A stretch of 64,000 nt of DNA from Psilocybe cubensis. Its lineage: Eukaryota. Below, in pieces: positions 1 to 12,523 of this stretch (its first letter is position 1; each line of letters starts with the position of its first letter). Location of the stretch: contig CM039001.1 in the NCBI GenBank assembly GCA_017499595.2, positions 2,790,001 to 2,854,000 of the forward strand, given 5' to 3'. The notes beneath the pieces were generated by a model that was not told the origin of the DNA, made no database searches, and worked only from the letters and a program-made list of their open reading frames with translations. A program made the position numbers and the translations under genes.

Positions 1-1020
1 ATCTACCACATCCGCGAATACTGCGTGCGCAAACTATCACTTGTGCGTCTACCCATCCATCCATCCATCCATCTACCCATGCAAGTGTATCAACGCGCGA
101 CAGCTCTCAGAAACCCGCATCTTTCTCTCGCACGACTGGCCGCAGTCGATCGAGCACCACGGCGACCTCGCCGGGCTGCTCCATCGGAAAACGTTCCTTA
201 GGGCTGATATAGAGAAGGGCGCGCTGGGCTCGCCGCCGCTCATGGGGCTCCTGCGCACGCTTAAGCCGGAGTGGTGGTTCGCGGCGCATTTGCATACGCG
301 GTATGAGGCGGTGGTGGTGCATGAGCCGGCGCTTGCGTCTGTGCCTGGGACGGCGCCTGTGGCGAATCCTGATGAGATTCGGATTGAGGATGAGGAGGGG
401 GTGGAGAGGGAGGGGGAGGGGGAGGGTGGGAGTGGAGGAGGAGGGCAGGCGGCGGCGGTGAGTAGGAACCCGGATGAGATTTTGTTGGAGGATGAAGAGG
501 AGACGGTGGAAACTCCTCCCTTACCCCCTCCCCGCGCACGCGAAACCAAATTTCTAGCTCTCGACAAATGTCTCCCCCGCCGTCAATTCCTCGAGGTGAT
601 CGATATCGACACACCCACACCCTCACCGGACGAGGGCCCAGTACTCACCTTCGACGAGGAGTGGCTCGCAATCACCCGCGCGTTCCACCCGTGGCTGTCG
701 ACGACGCGGCACCAGCCCCCCTTCCCGGACGAAGCGGACGCGCGCGGGATCGTCGCGAGAGAGCGCGCGTGGGTGCGCGAGAATGTGCGGTCGTTGGCTG
801 TGAGTGAGTGTCAGAGCTTTGCGAGGACGGCCCCTGGGCCTGGCCACGAGGGCGGAAACAAGTTTAAACAACGTGGGTTCAATGTTACTTTTTGTGTAAG
901 GTTCTAGGTTGGCTGAGTGTTTTGGATGCAGCGCCGTGGTATACGAATCCGCAGACAGAGGCGTTTTGTAGGATGTTGGATATACCTAATAAAATCAACC
1001 CGCCTCCGACGAACGTGTAG
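1..1020 (+). CDS. DBR1: RNA lariat debranching enzyme, 3' part (5' end outside window)
   Basis: Exons 1-42, 104-872 and 932-1020 are joined by GT..AG introns. Motifs IYHIRE, IFLSHDWP, LGSPP, WFAAHLH, TKFLALDKCLPRRQFLE, FDEEWLAI and NPQTEAFC are typical of Dbr1. Confidence 0.93.
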
Positions 1021-1236
1021 CAATATATTTTTTTTTTTTGGTAGCTTAATGGAATCTATGACGACGAGCGAGCGAAAAGTGCACATTTTTGGGGTGGGGT
1101 ATAGAAAAATTGCAATTGCATAAAAAACGACGCGTAATTAAACGACGAAACACAAAAAAAAAGTGAGTAGGTATGGTATGGTATTAGACGTAGACCCGTA
1201 TGAGAGGAAGAAAAAAACAGGCGTTGTTTTTTTTTG

Positions 1237-3442
1237 TTACGCGGTCGCTGTGGCAGAGGGTGTGTCTCCGGTGCTGGGTTTGTTGGCTCCTGCATCGCCA
1301 TTACCGGTCGTACCACCTTGTTGTCCCTGCTGATTTTGACCGCCACCGCGACCGCCGCCCCTGGTGAGTCCAGCGGCAGAGAGCCCGCGCGCAGCAAAGC
1401 CGCTTCCTCCAGGCCCGCCACGGCCTCTCCCACGCCCTCCAAATCCGCCGCGGGTGTTGGTGTTGTTGGTGTTGGTGTTGGCGTTTTGGGTGGTGGGTGA
1501 TTGGTTGGGTGCGGACGCGTTGTTGAACGCTTGTTGGTTTTGGTGCTCGGCGGTGCGCGATTCGCGGTCTGTCGCTTGTTTCACGTCGGGCGTAGTATCT
1601 TTAAGGGTCTATAAAGGGTATGAGAAAATGAGTAGGGAGAGAGAAGGGAAAAACGCACCTCGGCGTGCTTTTCAAGACCGAGTTTCATAGCTTCCTCATC
1701 GCCAAACTCGACGTACGCAAGACGCGCTTTGCCCGCGAACGGGTGCGGGAGGTTGACGCGTGTGATCTGTGGATTGGTTAGCGGAGCAGAGGTGAGAGTG
1801 AGGGAATACGCACGCCGGCCTTGGCTTCGTTGTAGAATTCGCGAATGTCGGCTTCGGTGACCTGGATGTGGGGCGCCATGCGCATAAAGATGGTCCAGGG
1901 GTGACGCGGGGGTTTACCTGTTTTGGGCGTGCGCGCGCCTGACACGGGTGCAGCGGCGGGGGCGGGGGTGGGTGCAGGTTCCGGCGCGGCGGGTGCGGCG
2001 TCTGGCTCGACGGGGTCCGGGGTGCTAGGGTTCGTCTTGTCCTTTTTGTCCTTTTTTGATTTAGGCGCGGGTTGGGGCTTTTTGGGGTCTGCTGGCGTTC
2101 CGTTGGGTTGCTGTTTTTGGACGGGACTGGATGGTGCTGGAGGGGTTTTGACCTGTGGAGCTGCCTGGGCGGGGAGGGATGGGGCGGCTGGGGCGGCTGG
2201 GGTGGCGGGGACGGTGGCGCTGCGGCGGTAGGCGAAATTGAAGCCCTGGCTCTTGAGCTCGGCCGAGACGCGACCGTCTTTGACGTCGAGGACGAGAGAG
2301 CCGTATGCGGCGTCGCAGAGGTTCCAGTTCCAGCAGTTTTTCCAGGCGGGCTCTTCGCCGGCTGCGGCTGCGCCTGGGCCGGAAGAGGGGAGTGCGGGTG
2401 GGATGCGCTCGACGACGGAGAGGGCCTTGTCGAGGAGAACGCGCTGGTTGTCGTCGATGACTGCGTCGACTTGGCCCTTGACGCTGTCCCAGACCTTGTC
2501 AAAGGCTTCTTTGGCGAGGGTGAGTTTGTGGCGGAAGCCGGCAAAATCTGGCTGGACGCTGAATTCGTTGTAGGAAGAGGCGTAGCGGAAGTGGAGGCCG
2601 GCAGACACGGTGAGATCTGCTTTGAGGACGAGGGCGAGTTGGGAGAGAAGACCCTCGCGACCTGGAGACGCGTGGGAGACGAGAAGACGGGTCTCTGAGG
2701 GGTCAAAGACGCGCTGGGCGGTGTCTACGAGCTCGCCGATCTGGAGGGCGGTTGTCCACATGGTGCCCTGGCCGCCTGCGATGGTAGCTGCGCCGTCGCC
2801 GTTGTCAAAGAGCTTGTGGTTGACGAGGGCGCCACCGAGACCGAAGAGACGGAGCTTGAGACCAGCGATATCGAGGAGACGGGTGGTTGCCTCGTCGAGG
2901 ACATGGAGGTTGGGGATAGAGTAGGCGCCCGAGCGGAACTTTTCTAGAACCTGGACATCCTCGCATGCACCCCAGACAGTGTAGACTGGGACGGAGAGAG
3001 TGAGCTGGCCAGAGAGGAGAAGGGGGAACTCTGAGAGGAGCTCTATGTTGACAGTTGAACGGATGAGGGCGGGTGGGTTTTCTGGAGCGAGAAGATGGGT
3101 TCTCTGGGGGGCGGGGATGAGAGGAGAGTACATTGTGAGATGGCGAAGAGTGCGGTCATTGATACGCTCGAGACTGTTTGCCTCTGAAAGGAGGTGAGCT
3201 GTGTTCTAGTGAGAGAAAAAAGACATACGAAAGAAACCAAAGTCGCCGGTGTGTATGATGGCAGCAGCATTGTGCTCGCGGGCGAGGTCGTTGAGGGCAC
3301 TGAGCTTTCCGCGGATGTCTGCGAGGCAGAGGATGCGGGCGTTGTGTGAGTTGAGGAGAGTTGTGTGCGAGTTGACCATGGGAGAGAAGGAGCAACCTGC
3401 GTCGGCATTCCCCGGCTGCTGTTGCTGTTGCCCTTGAGCCAT
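1237..3442 (-). CDS. Conserved fungal metallophosphoesterase-like (DUF2433-like) protein with C-terminal RRM and RGG tail
   Basis: Spliced from ORFs 3206-3442, 1778-3133 and 1237-1584. N-terminal RILCLADIRG...IIHTGDFGF and VWGACED motifs, then RNP-like WTIFMRM / RLAYVEF and RGGFGGRGRGRGG. The start could instead be the ATG at 3379. DUF name is from recall. Confidence 0.75.
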
Positions 3443-6400
3443 GCTCGCTGCAATCCTCGACGCCGATCTCAGAGACAGACTCGCCCTGCCTGTCTTTGCA
3501 GATGGCCTGCTTGTCCGCCATTCCGTCTTTTGTCAGCTTCATGTCTACCAGGGACTTGTCCATCCACTTCTGCTGCCGACTCCCTTTGCCCCGCTCAACC
3601 CACAGACACTCACCCCAGGAGCTCCCATAACTCTTTTGCCCCATGCAACCCCGGCCTACTTTCTTGCTGTCTACCAGGGGCCCACTGCTGCTCTTGCTGC
3701 CCAGTTTGCAGACGAGGGCGTCGTTCTTGCAGAGCACCGCTTCGTCATCGTCTGGATCGCCGTCCAAAACACCCACGGCGACCACAAGGGTCTTCTTGCG
3801 ACCTATCCACAGGAGCTCTGTCTTGTCTCGTCCATATATCGTCCTAGTCTTTCCCATCTTCCAGAGCTGCCCCCACAGCTCCATCAGCTCTCTCCTGTTC
3901 TCTCGCCTCCCATAGCCCGCCATCCGTTGCCTTCTGTCTACGCCTTTCGCGCCCTCACTGTCCACAGAAGCAAGCCTCTCCGCTCAGTCGCTGCAGAGGT
4001 CGGCGGGTATGTAGACGCCGTCGCACGTGAGCGAGAAAGAGAGCGTGAGCGTCTCAAGCGCGAGAGAGATTCTCCCAAGACTCCCAAGCAGCCCCCTGCC
4101 CCCGCACCCGTCCAGAGCTTTTACCCATCCCCACCCCAGCCCTTGCCAGTCAAGGCCTCGCCAGTCCCTTCCCCATCTCCCCCGCCCCCCGCACCGCTAG
4201 ATCCAGATCCCCCAGCAGATCCCTGGCCCACTTTCGACGACTATCTCTTTGACGACCTCGGCTACACCTTTGCACATCCAACATCCACCGCACCATCCAC
4301 CAACATCCCCAATCCCATCCCCAGCAACCCTTTTGAAGACGCTTTCACAGACGACGATTTCAGCTTTTTCGACCGTCCAGCTACTCCAGCTACTTCTCCC
4401 CCTAATCAACCTGCATGGACTCCTGCTCCCATAGACACTCCCATCTCCATCGACAACAGCCCCCCAGAGCTCGTCCGCGACACAACCGTCCTCTCCTCTG
4501 CCGCACCCTCACCCGACTTTCACACCCCCCTCACCCCAAACGTCTACCTCGAGCACTCTCATTCCCCCGGTTTCGACCCAATCCCCTTTTCAGACTACCA
4601 CCGCCGCGCAGACGACAAGCATGCCAACGGAAAATTCGCTCCTCGTCCACCCGACCAAGAAGGCTGGCGCAGGCGCTACGACGAAATAACCGACCCACGC
4701 ATCCGTCTCGTCCGCAAGCTCCAGGCACGCCAGCTCAAGTCCGAAGACCACCAGCAGCCCCTCTGGCAGTCTGACGACATGGACGTCGACTCGCCCTCCT
4801 CCTCCTCCTCCAGCGACGAATCAGACATCTTCCAGGACAGTCGCTACCGCGGCATCGAGGTCGACGACATCCCAGAGCGTTCCACCACGCCCCCGCCCGC
4901 CTATCTCCCCCCAGGCGCAGCCCTCTTGCGCACAAAGTTTGAGCACCGCGCCTTGCTCGCCCTCAGCGTGCCCCTCCGCGGCACCAGCAGTCCTGCGCCC
5001 CCCGCATCCACCTCCAACACAGGCCTCCAGCCGCCGCAATCCCTCGCGTCCGTCCCCACCCCCGTCTCCCCCGCCGCACACGCCGGCCAGGAAGCAGAGC
5101 GCCTGCGCGCGCTCGCCGCAGCCGCACAGCAGGTTGCCCGCGAAGCAGTCGAGAATCCGGTTTGGGCCCGTGTGTGGCGGGCGGCTTCGGGTGGACATGG
5201 TGTTTGTCATGCTGCTACGGCGCTTGCTAGTACGCGCTTGGGTGGCATTGGAGAGGCGAGGGTCAGCCCTCGCGATGTCAAGCTTGTCATGAAGGCTTTG
5301 GAAAATGTCCGCGAGCAGCTCATCCAAGAGGGACATGATCCCGCCCAACTCAAGGTCGGACTCGGCATGGAAGAACTATTTGGGTTGGGTGCGTCTTTTA
5401 TCTCATGTTTTTACAGAGTATTGATTTCTACAGATTCCACTCCTATATACCCTCTCGAAGAACCGATGCTCTCCATCGCAAAAGGCGACGTCGTCCTCGA
5501 TCTCAAACCTCCTTCCCTGCTCTTTTGGGAAAAACTCGGTCTGTGCCCGAAAGGCGGCCCTAAAAACTTTGATGCGTTGGTCATGTTTGAGGACGATGAT
5601 ACCCGCAGGGTATGGGTCGACACCTGGGTTGAAGGTCTCAAGGATGTTTACAAGGTATGTTTTTTACCTTGTTTTATACCAATCTTAACACTTCCCAGGC
5701 CAAGCGGTATGGGGCCATGAACATGGCCAAGGCTCCGATGAGCATCGACGGATCACCAGGGCTCATCGCTGTAAGATACGACGCGACACTGAGAAAACAC
5801 TTTGGTACGTTCCTCCTTGTATTTTTGATTCAATGCTAACGTTCCACAGCCAATCTCGTGGCAAGCATGTCCGTGTTCCAATCACCCAACCCACTCGTCG
5901 TGTTTCTCGTGCTCCCCTTTGCCATCATGTCCCTCGCCTCCCCCGTCCTCCGCCAGATCCTCGCACTCTGCAGAAAGCTCCTCGCGAGCAACGCCCGACA
6001 GATCATTCTCCAGCTCGTCCCAGAGGTCCATGTCGTGCACGGCATGGAACCCAGCGCGCCGTATGCGTACGGCACGCAGATGGAGTGGATGGCTGCGTCG
6101 GTATATAACAAGATTTTGGTCCCTGTTGATCGTGAACGTACCGCTCGCGCGGGATTGATCCACCCGGGTATGCCACATGCCCATCGCCCGCCAGAGGTCC
6201 GGAGGCTGTTTATGAACCCGTCGTTTACACTCGCCAGGCCGCCCCGCGCGAGTATCACGTATGTGCGCGCGGCGCATGCACCGCTGGATGTTGTGGATAG
6301 GTACACGCTCCTCCATGTCGGCTATGCGCTCAGTGCATGTGGCCGCTGGGTCGTCGCGTGCTGTACCGACCAGAGAGGCGAGGCGTGGGACTCGCGCGTC

Positions 6401-7411
6401 TGGCTCGTCGCGGGCGACGCTGACACCGCGGAAGAGCCAAAGGGCGACGGGTGGACGTGGGCAGATGTCATCCGCCGCGTGTGGGATTTCGCCATGGCCT
6501 TTGCGAAGCGCGCGAATGTGGAGTGGCGCGTGGTGTTTGCGAGGCTGGGTGCGATGGAGCAGTCCGAGGTGGACGCCTGGGCGGTGTTTTTGCGGGAGAG
6601 TGTGGTGGGCTCGAGGGAGCTGCCGCCGTTGCACCATTATGTGGTGTGTGTGGTCCCGGATGCGCCGTGGATGTTTACGCCGTGGGATGAGCGCAATCTG
6701 CCGCTTGTTGTGCCGACGACGACGACGCGCGTGCAGGCTACGTCTGCGTCTGTGCCTGGTGTGGGTGGTGTGGCGCGGCCTGTGAATGCGTCGAAGGTGC
6801 AGGAGGAGCCGCAGCACCAGCAAACGGTGTTTACGGATGTGTCCTCGGCGACGTATGCTGTTTTCCCAAAGAGGACGTTGCCGATTTTTGTCCCGCCTTC
6901 GTTGGATGATCTAGGATTGACGAGGAGTTTTGTGCCGGAGGACCCGGCGGGCGATGTGGACCCTGCGCCGCCGTCGTCGTCGTCGTCGGCTAGAGCGCCG
7001 GTTATACCCCAAGCCACGTCGATTCTTATTCGCGTGCCACGTGCGACATCCATCCCGACTTTATCTTCCTCGTCGGCGTCTCCTATGGCATCATTGTCAT
7101 TCTCATCAGCGACGATGATCCACACGCATCTCCTACACTCCGCGCACTCAGCGTCGTACACGCAACACGCACAAACGACAATGTCCGACGCAGGCCGTGT
7201 GCCAAGCGACGACAAGCTGCTGGAGGAAGTGACAAAGGGGTACTTTGATCTTGCTGTGCTTGCGCGTGTGAGGTGCGGGGTTGAGGTTGCGGGGGGAAGC
7301 ACGCGCGATCGCGAGGGGTTGCCGTTCCATTTGGCGGCTGTGGATTTGATGCGGATGGTTTTGGAGGGGTGTTGGGAGGCTTCTTTGTCTTCTTTTGCGG
7401 GGGAGGTTTGA
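3441..7411 (+). CDS. MED13: Mediator kinase-module subunit 13
   Basis: Long spliced ORF (3441-5720 and 5858-7411 with short GT..AG introns). Contains FWEKLGLCPKGGPK, LLHVGYALSACGRWVVACCTDQRGE, WRVVFARLGAM and the terminal LPFHLAAV typical of fungal Med13. Confidence 0.85.
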
Positions 7412-7729
7412 GTTTTTTTGGATTTGTGTTTTTTTTTGTTAGCTTTCTTGCATACCTTTGGTGTCTTTTTACTTTCGTTCTTTTTGATTCGTTGATAGTG
7501 TAGTGTATGTAGTAATTTCAGCTAATCATTTACTCTTTGTATAACAATGTACAGGTAGAGGTCGTTGCATCGCTGTTTTAATGCTGTTGTTCGCTTTGGC
7601 ATAACGATTGAATTGCACAAGAGAAAACTACATCATCAGATTATTGCACAGTAGCTTATACTATCAATGTCCGATTTCTCAAACGACACGCATATACTCG
7701 AAAATCCAATTTTCTAATGACCGAGTATC

Positions 7730-8758
7730 TCACTGGTTCTTGCGCTCTTGCGCGTTATACGACTTGGAAACGTCGACGCGGATAGGGTTCTGGATGCTCG
7801 CGAGCGCTTTCATGCCCATCATCACGACGGGGACGAGAACGAAAAAGGCGATGAGAAGCGCGGTGATTAGGCCTGGAGTGAGGAGTTGGTATCGCTTCAG
7901 CACGCCGCCTGTGGGGAGGGTGGTGTTGGTTGGTGCGAATGAGGAGAAGGAGTCGGATGAGAGGTCCAAAATGGGCCGGTCGGGGACTTGACGTTTGGAG
8001 TGCGAGCCAAGTGGCGAGCCGGTGAAGATTATGAGGTGGTTTGGGAATGATGAGGTGATTGAGGACAATTCGTCCCCTAGAAGAGATTCTGGATGAAAAA
8101 AAGGATCAGTTTGGTAAATTAGATTTTTGAGGGTTCTGCGAACCGTGCTGCGCCATGGTTGTTTTGCGAGAGTGGCCGGACTTGTCGAGGTGTGGCATGT
8201 TCATGCACAGGACGTGTTTAGAGTTGGGTTGGAGGGTGACTTTGTCTTTGCCTGGTGCGTATTGGAGGAGGCGAGAACCGCATTTCGAGGATACGCTTTC
8301 TGCGAGAGATAGTATTCCGTTTGCGTGCGAGTGGTGAGAGGGCAGGTAGGGGTACTGGCGGGATGAATGTGCAGAGGCGATGCTTCGGGCTATATGTGTG
8401 CTTGGTTCTAGTGTTCGCAGATCCGAGGCGTGCAGCTGGTAAAATAAAGACTTGAGCATGGCGTTACCAGTGAATGTGTACTACGCACACCGGGTTGGTT
8501 GACCAATACGACTGCATCGTGGTTGCAAATGTCCTCAGAGCTCAGAATGCTCTCGAGAAGAGATACTGTATGGTACGTGCTGTCCAATCGAGCAGGCAGC
8601 GAATCGAGTGCATAGGAACTGGTTGTGTTTGTTAGTTTGTGTTCTCAGGTATACGCGGATTCATACCTAGAAGAAGACCATGCGACGACAGGAGAAGTAT
8701 TAGAGAAAGCCAAGGCGGCGTTGGCTACGGCAGCGACGACGAGGAGGCGGGCGGCCAT
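7730..8758 (-). CDS. BIG1/VOA1 (V-ATPase accessory Ac45-like) type I membrane protein
   Basis: ATG 8758 opens a signal peptide MAARLLVVAAVANAALAFSNTSPVVAWSS. Several introns follow. The C-terminal GGVLKRYQLLTPGLITALLIAFFVLVPV...ALASIQ transmembrane segment is typical of the family. Confidence 0.7.
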
Positions 8759-8915
8759 TTGGTGTCAGTACGGAGGCTGCGGCAACAGTTGCATCGAATC
8801 GAATGCCCCCGCCGAGATGGCTATGATCACATGACCGGTGTAGTTCTAATATTAAAACACATGCTTTACCCCAACTTGATCCCCCGCCTTTTCCTCCTTG
8901 TCAAAAATTACCACC

Positions 8916-10652
8916 ATGCTCGCCGCTGCTACTCGTTCTGCCAGATCTCTGCGCCTTAGGCCGCTCTCTAATGTCTCCAGGTCCGTCGAAAATCATGTTT
9001 TAGCTGATTGGGAATGGTGGTTAATTCGATCTTTCGCGGAATCGCCCCTGTAGGACATTCACATCGTCCACTCGCAGACGCGAAGAGGCTTTGCGCCCTG
9101 CGTCATTGACGGTGTTCTCTGACGAGGAAGAGATGCTGCGCGATACCGGTGCGTTTCTTCTGTTCATGTTAGTAATTCTCCTGCTAAAAACTCTTCGCGT
9201 TTTGCTCAGTCAAGCGCTTCGCTGCCGACGTCGTCGCTCCCAAGGTCCGCGAAATGGACGAGAACGAAAACATGGATCCAGCCATCATCCAAGGCCTCTT
9301 TGACCAAGGTGTAAGTGATCCCAGCCTTCCGAGCTCATTAGCTCGCCTTAACGTGCGGGCACCCGCTTCCCGAACAGTTGATGGGTATTGAGACCAGTCC
9401 GGACCAAGGAGGAGCCGGATGCTCCTTTACATCGGCTATCATTGCCATTGAGGAGCTTGCAAAAGTGGATCCGTCCGTGTCTGTGCTGTGCGATGTACAC
9501 AACACCCTTGTCAACACCGTCATCCGCAAGTATGGATCGAAAGAGCAGCAGGAGAAATGGTTACCACAGCTATCGGAAAGCAAGGTGATTACGGGTTATA
9601 TGTGCTATGTTAGGATTGTCTTGATCATTTTTGACAGCTTGGTTCTTTCTGTCTCTCCGAGACTTCGTCTGGTTCCGACGCGTTTGCCCTCAAGACCCGT
9701 GCTGTTAAGGATGGCAACAGCTATACATTGAACGGTTCCAAGATGTGGATCACAAACTCTTATGAAGCTGAGATATTCCTTATCTTTGCTAATGTAAGTT
9801 ATTCAATCTACTTTGCTTTTTAACTAGTCTGACATGGTGTTACTTAGATCGACCCGAGCAAAGGATACAAGGGTATCACTTGCTTCCTCGCCACCAAGGA
9901 TATGGGTGTTAAGATTGCAAAGAAGGAGCAGAAGCTTGGTATCCGCGCGTCCTCGACGTGTACATTGGACTTTGACGACCTCAAGATCCCTGAGGAAAAT
10001 ATCATTGGCGGTGAAGGCAAGGGATACAAAGTATGTTACCACTGTTATGACATCATTCATCTAAAGCTCAGCTTTTACGCGTAGATTGCCATCGAAATCC
10101 TTAACGAGGGTGAGTTTTTGTATATCGTTGTTAATGATGGACCTTTTGACCCAATTATTCTACTAGGTCGTATTGGGATTGCTGCCCAGATGCTCGGCCT
10201 TGCTCAAGGTGCCTTTGATAAATCGGTGCCCTACACCTACCAGCGTCAACAATTCGGCCAACCCATTGGAACATTCCAGGGTATGGCTTTCCAGATAGCA
10301 CAGGCTGCCATCGACATCGAATCAGCCAGACTCCTGACTTATAACGCTGCACGTTTAAAGGAAGAGGGCAAGTCGTTTACAAAGGAAGCTGCCATGGCCA
10401 AGTACTGGAGCAGTGTTGTTGCTCAAAGAGTTTCCGGTAGTGCAATCGAGTGGGCAGGAGGTGTTGGATTCACCAGAGAAACAGGTATTGAGAAGTTCTG
10501 GAGAGATTCGAAGATCGTATGTCAAATTCATTCATTCTTCCTCTGATCTTTTTTGACTAACTTGTCCGGTCAATTAGGGCGCAATCTACGAAGGGACGTC
10601 AAACATCCAGTTGCAGACTATTGCAAAGTTCATCCAAAAGGAATACTCATAG
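8916..10652 (+). CDS. Mitochondrial short/branched-chain acyl-CoA dehydrogenase
   Basis: Arg-rich presequence [17 protein letters not shown], then [59 protein letters not shown] and [10 protein letters not shown]. Multiple GT..AG introns; stop TAG at 10650-10652. Confidence 0.93.
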
Positions 10653-10931
10653 CCGGAGGCTGTATTTAATGTTTATTACTTTTTGCTACACAAACATGTA
10701 CATAGATAGTGTTGAGAACGATGTATGAGTCCTGTGCATTCAAATGGCTAGTGCTTCAATACCGGTACAGTCAATAAAGATAGCATTTTAAACGCGGTAA
10801 TGTAGTGTACAACTATCTGAGTAGAGGGGATAATAAGTCAGTATCTAGAGGTCAGTGCGTGCGAGGTTATATCGTCTATTACATAGTGCAAAGCCAGCCA
10901 GGATAATGTGTTTTGAGGCGTCTAGAGAGTA

Positions 10932-12344
10932 TTATGTAGTCCGCATGAACATCAAGACGCCTTCGTATACTGCCCAGCCAATTGCTGAGCTCAAGACTTT
11001 TCGAGATAGCCGAAGCGAAGCGCCGTCGAAATATCCCGCTATGCCGCGTTGCTGACGGAAATGTTGGTTAAATAGTACAATGAGGCAACAGGAAGACTTA
11101 CTGTCCATATGGTACCAATCGTACGGAAGAACCCATGGTACCGATCCTCAGAGCGTACTTGGACTTTTGTCTAGATATTGGTATACCAGTGAGAATAAAA
11201 CGGGAGATTGACCTCCATGTGAAACATACCTTGATGACATCAAAGGGGTGGGTCGCAAGAGTCGCGATTGCGCCTGCGGACGCGGCGGACACGCTGTGGA
11301 TCAGCGCAGCGTGGCTGCTAGACGAGGCCGGCATGAGATATGCTAAGAAACGGAGTTTGATAGGTTGTCACGGTTGAGCAGGTTGAACTTGAAGACATAC
11401 AAGCTTCGCCTTTGATCCCTTCATAAAACACCATAAAAAGGCCGGCATATGGGGCATCGCGTAGTGAAGACGCGAGAAACCCGCGCAGGAGTTCGGAGGG
11501 ACCTTGCCGTGTAATGGACAGGAGCGCGCCGGAGAAGCTTTGGTATGCGTAAATGTTGCTCTACGGGCAGCACGGCTTGAAATCAAGGACAACGATGAGA
11601 AACAGGGAACGTACTTCAAAGCGCGCTTTGAGCACGGAGAACGGATTGAGCAAGAAACCAACTGCGACACGCGTCGTTGCGCCTGCCATAAGGTTTCCTT
11701 GGCTTGTAAGACTGGGAAGGACAGAACCGTTCTTGTTAACGGTTGCTCCGTCAGGGTATTTCTTGACCAGAGCAAAGTAAGGTGTGCGTGCAAGGAATGT
11801 ACGCAGTTGTGTGAGACTGGTCATATAAAGCGCAACACCAGGAACATTTCTATGACCCAGAAATATAAGTAACAATGAGCGATGCGAAGAGGATAGGATG
11901 GAAATGGCATAGGTAATGATCCGCAGCGTATGGAGACAAGTCGGTACACTCACCGAACGAGAGAGGGGAATGTACCTCGCCACAGGCCGCGCAGACCATT
12001 TTTCGCAATGATATCGCGTGTTGTGCTCAGAATGAGGGAGGAGTGAACCCTGTGAATGATTTGAGGTTAAGTATCAAGATGAGGGCGTCCATCGGGGCAT
12101 GCGCACTGTGGTAGCCTGGCTTTGCCATCACCCTGTTGTAGGCGGGTCTTGAGCAGGTCGACTGGGAGTTGAAACCATTAGTACAGTTCTTGTTGTCGCA
12201 TGGTAGACGGTGCTCACAGGGTTGGAGGCAAACCGTCGTCGCAAACCCGGACAGTGCGCCTGTTATGACATCAGTTTTTTGAAATAGTACAAAAAAAGGC
12301 GACAGGACCAGACCTGAGAGCATTTGTTGGCCAACATTGCTCAT
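10932..12344 (-). CDS. HEM25: Mitochondrial carrier family protein, SLC25A38/Hem25-like glycine transporter
   Basis: Three carrier repeats (LQPxDLLKTR, NPFSVLKARFE, HPFDVIK), plus RNVPGVALY, RDAPYAG and RLSRKVLSSAIGW, which are typical of SLC25A38. Multi-intron gene. Confidence 0.8.
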
Positions 12345-12523
12345 ATATAGGACGTGGCTCGTTCGAGAGAGGCTCGGCTCCTTCTCGAATGCAAAGCGGT
12401 AAAGGTGGATGGGTGGCCTGCGGTATTGAAAGTGGTACCGGTCCAAGAAGCGGCAAGACCAAATGCACATGCCGCATCAACGCGTCCCATTTCGGGAATT
12501 TCGTCACTCTCCTTCGCTCTCTC

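Noticed and set aside
50-80. (CCAT)n microsatellite
   Set aside because: Ordinary short intronic repeat in DBR1.
73-8459. Many long antisense or alternative-frame ORFs (e.g. 1696-2706, 3156-3965, 5882-6823)
   Set aside because: Shadows of GC-rich real genes with low-complexity translations and no motifs.
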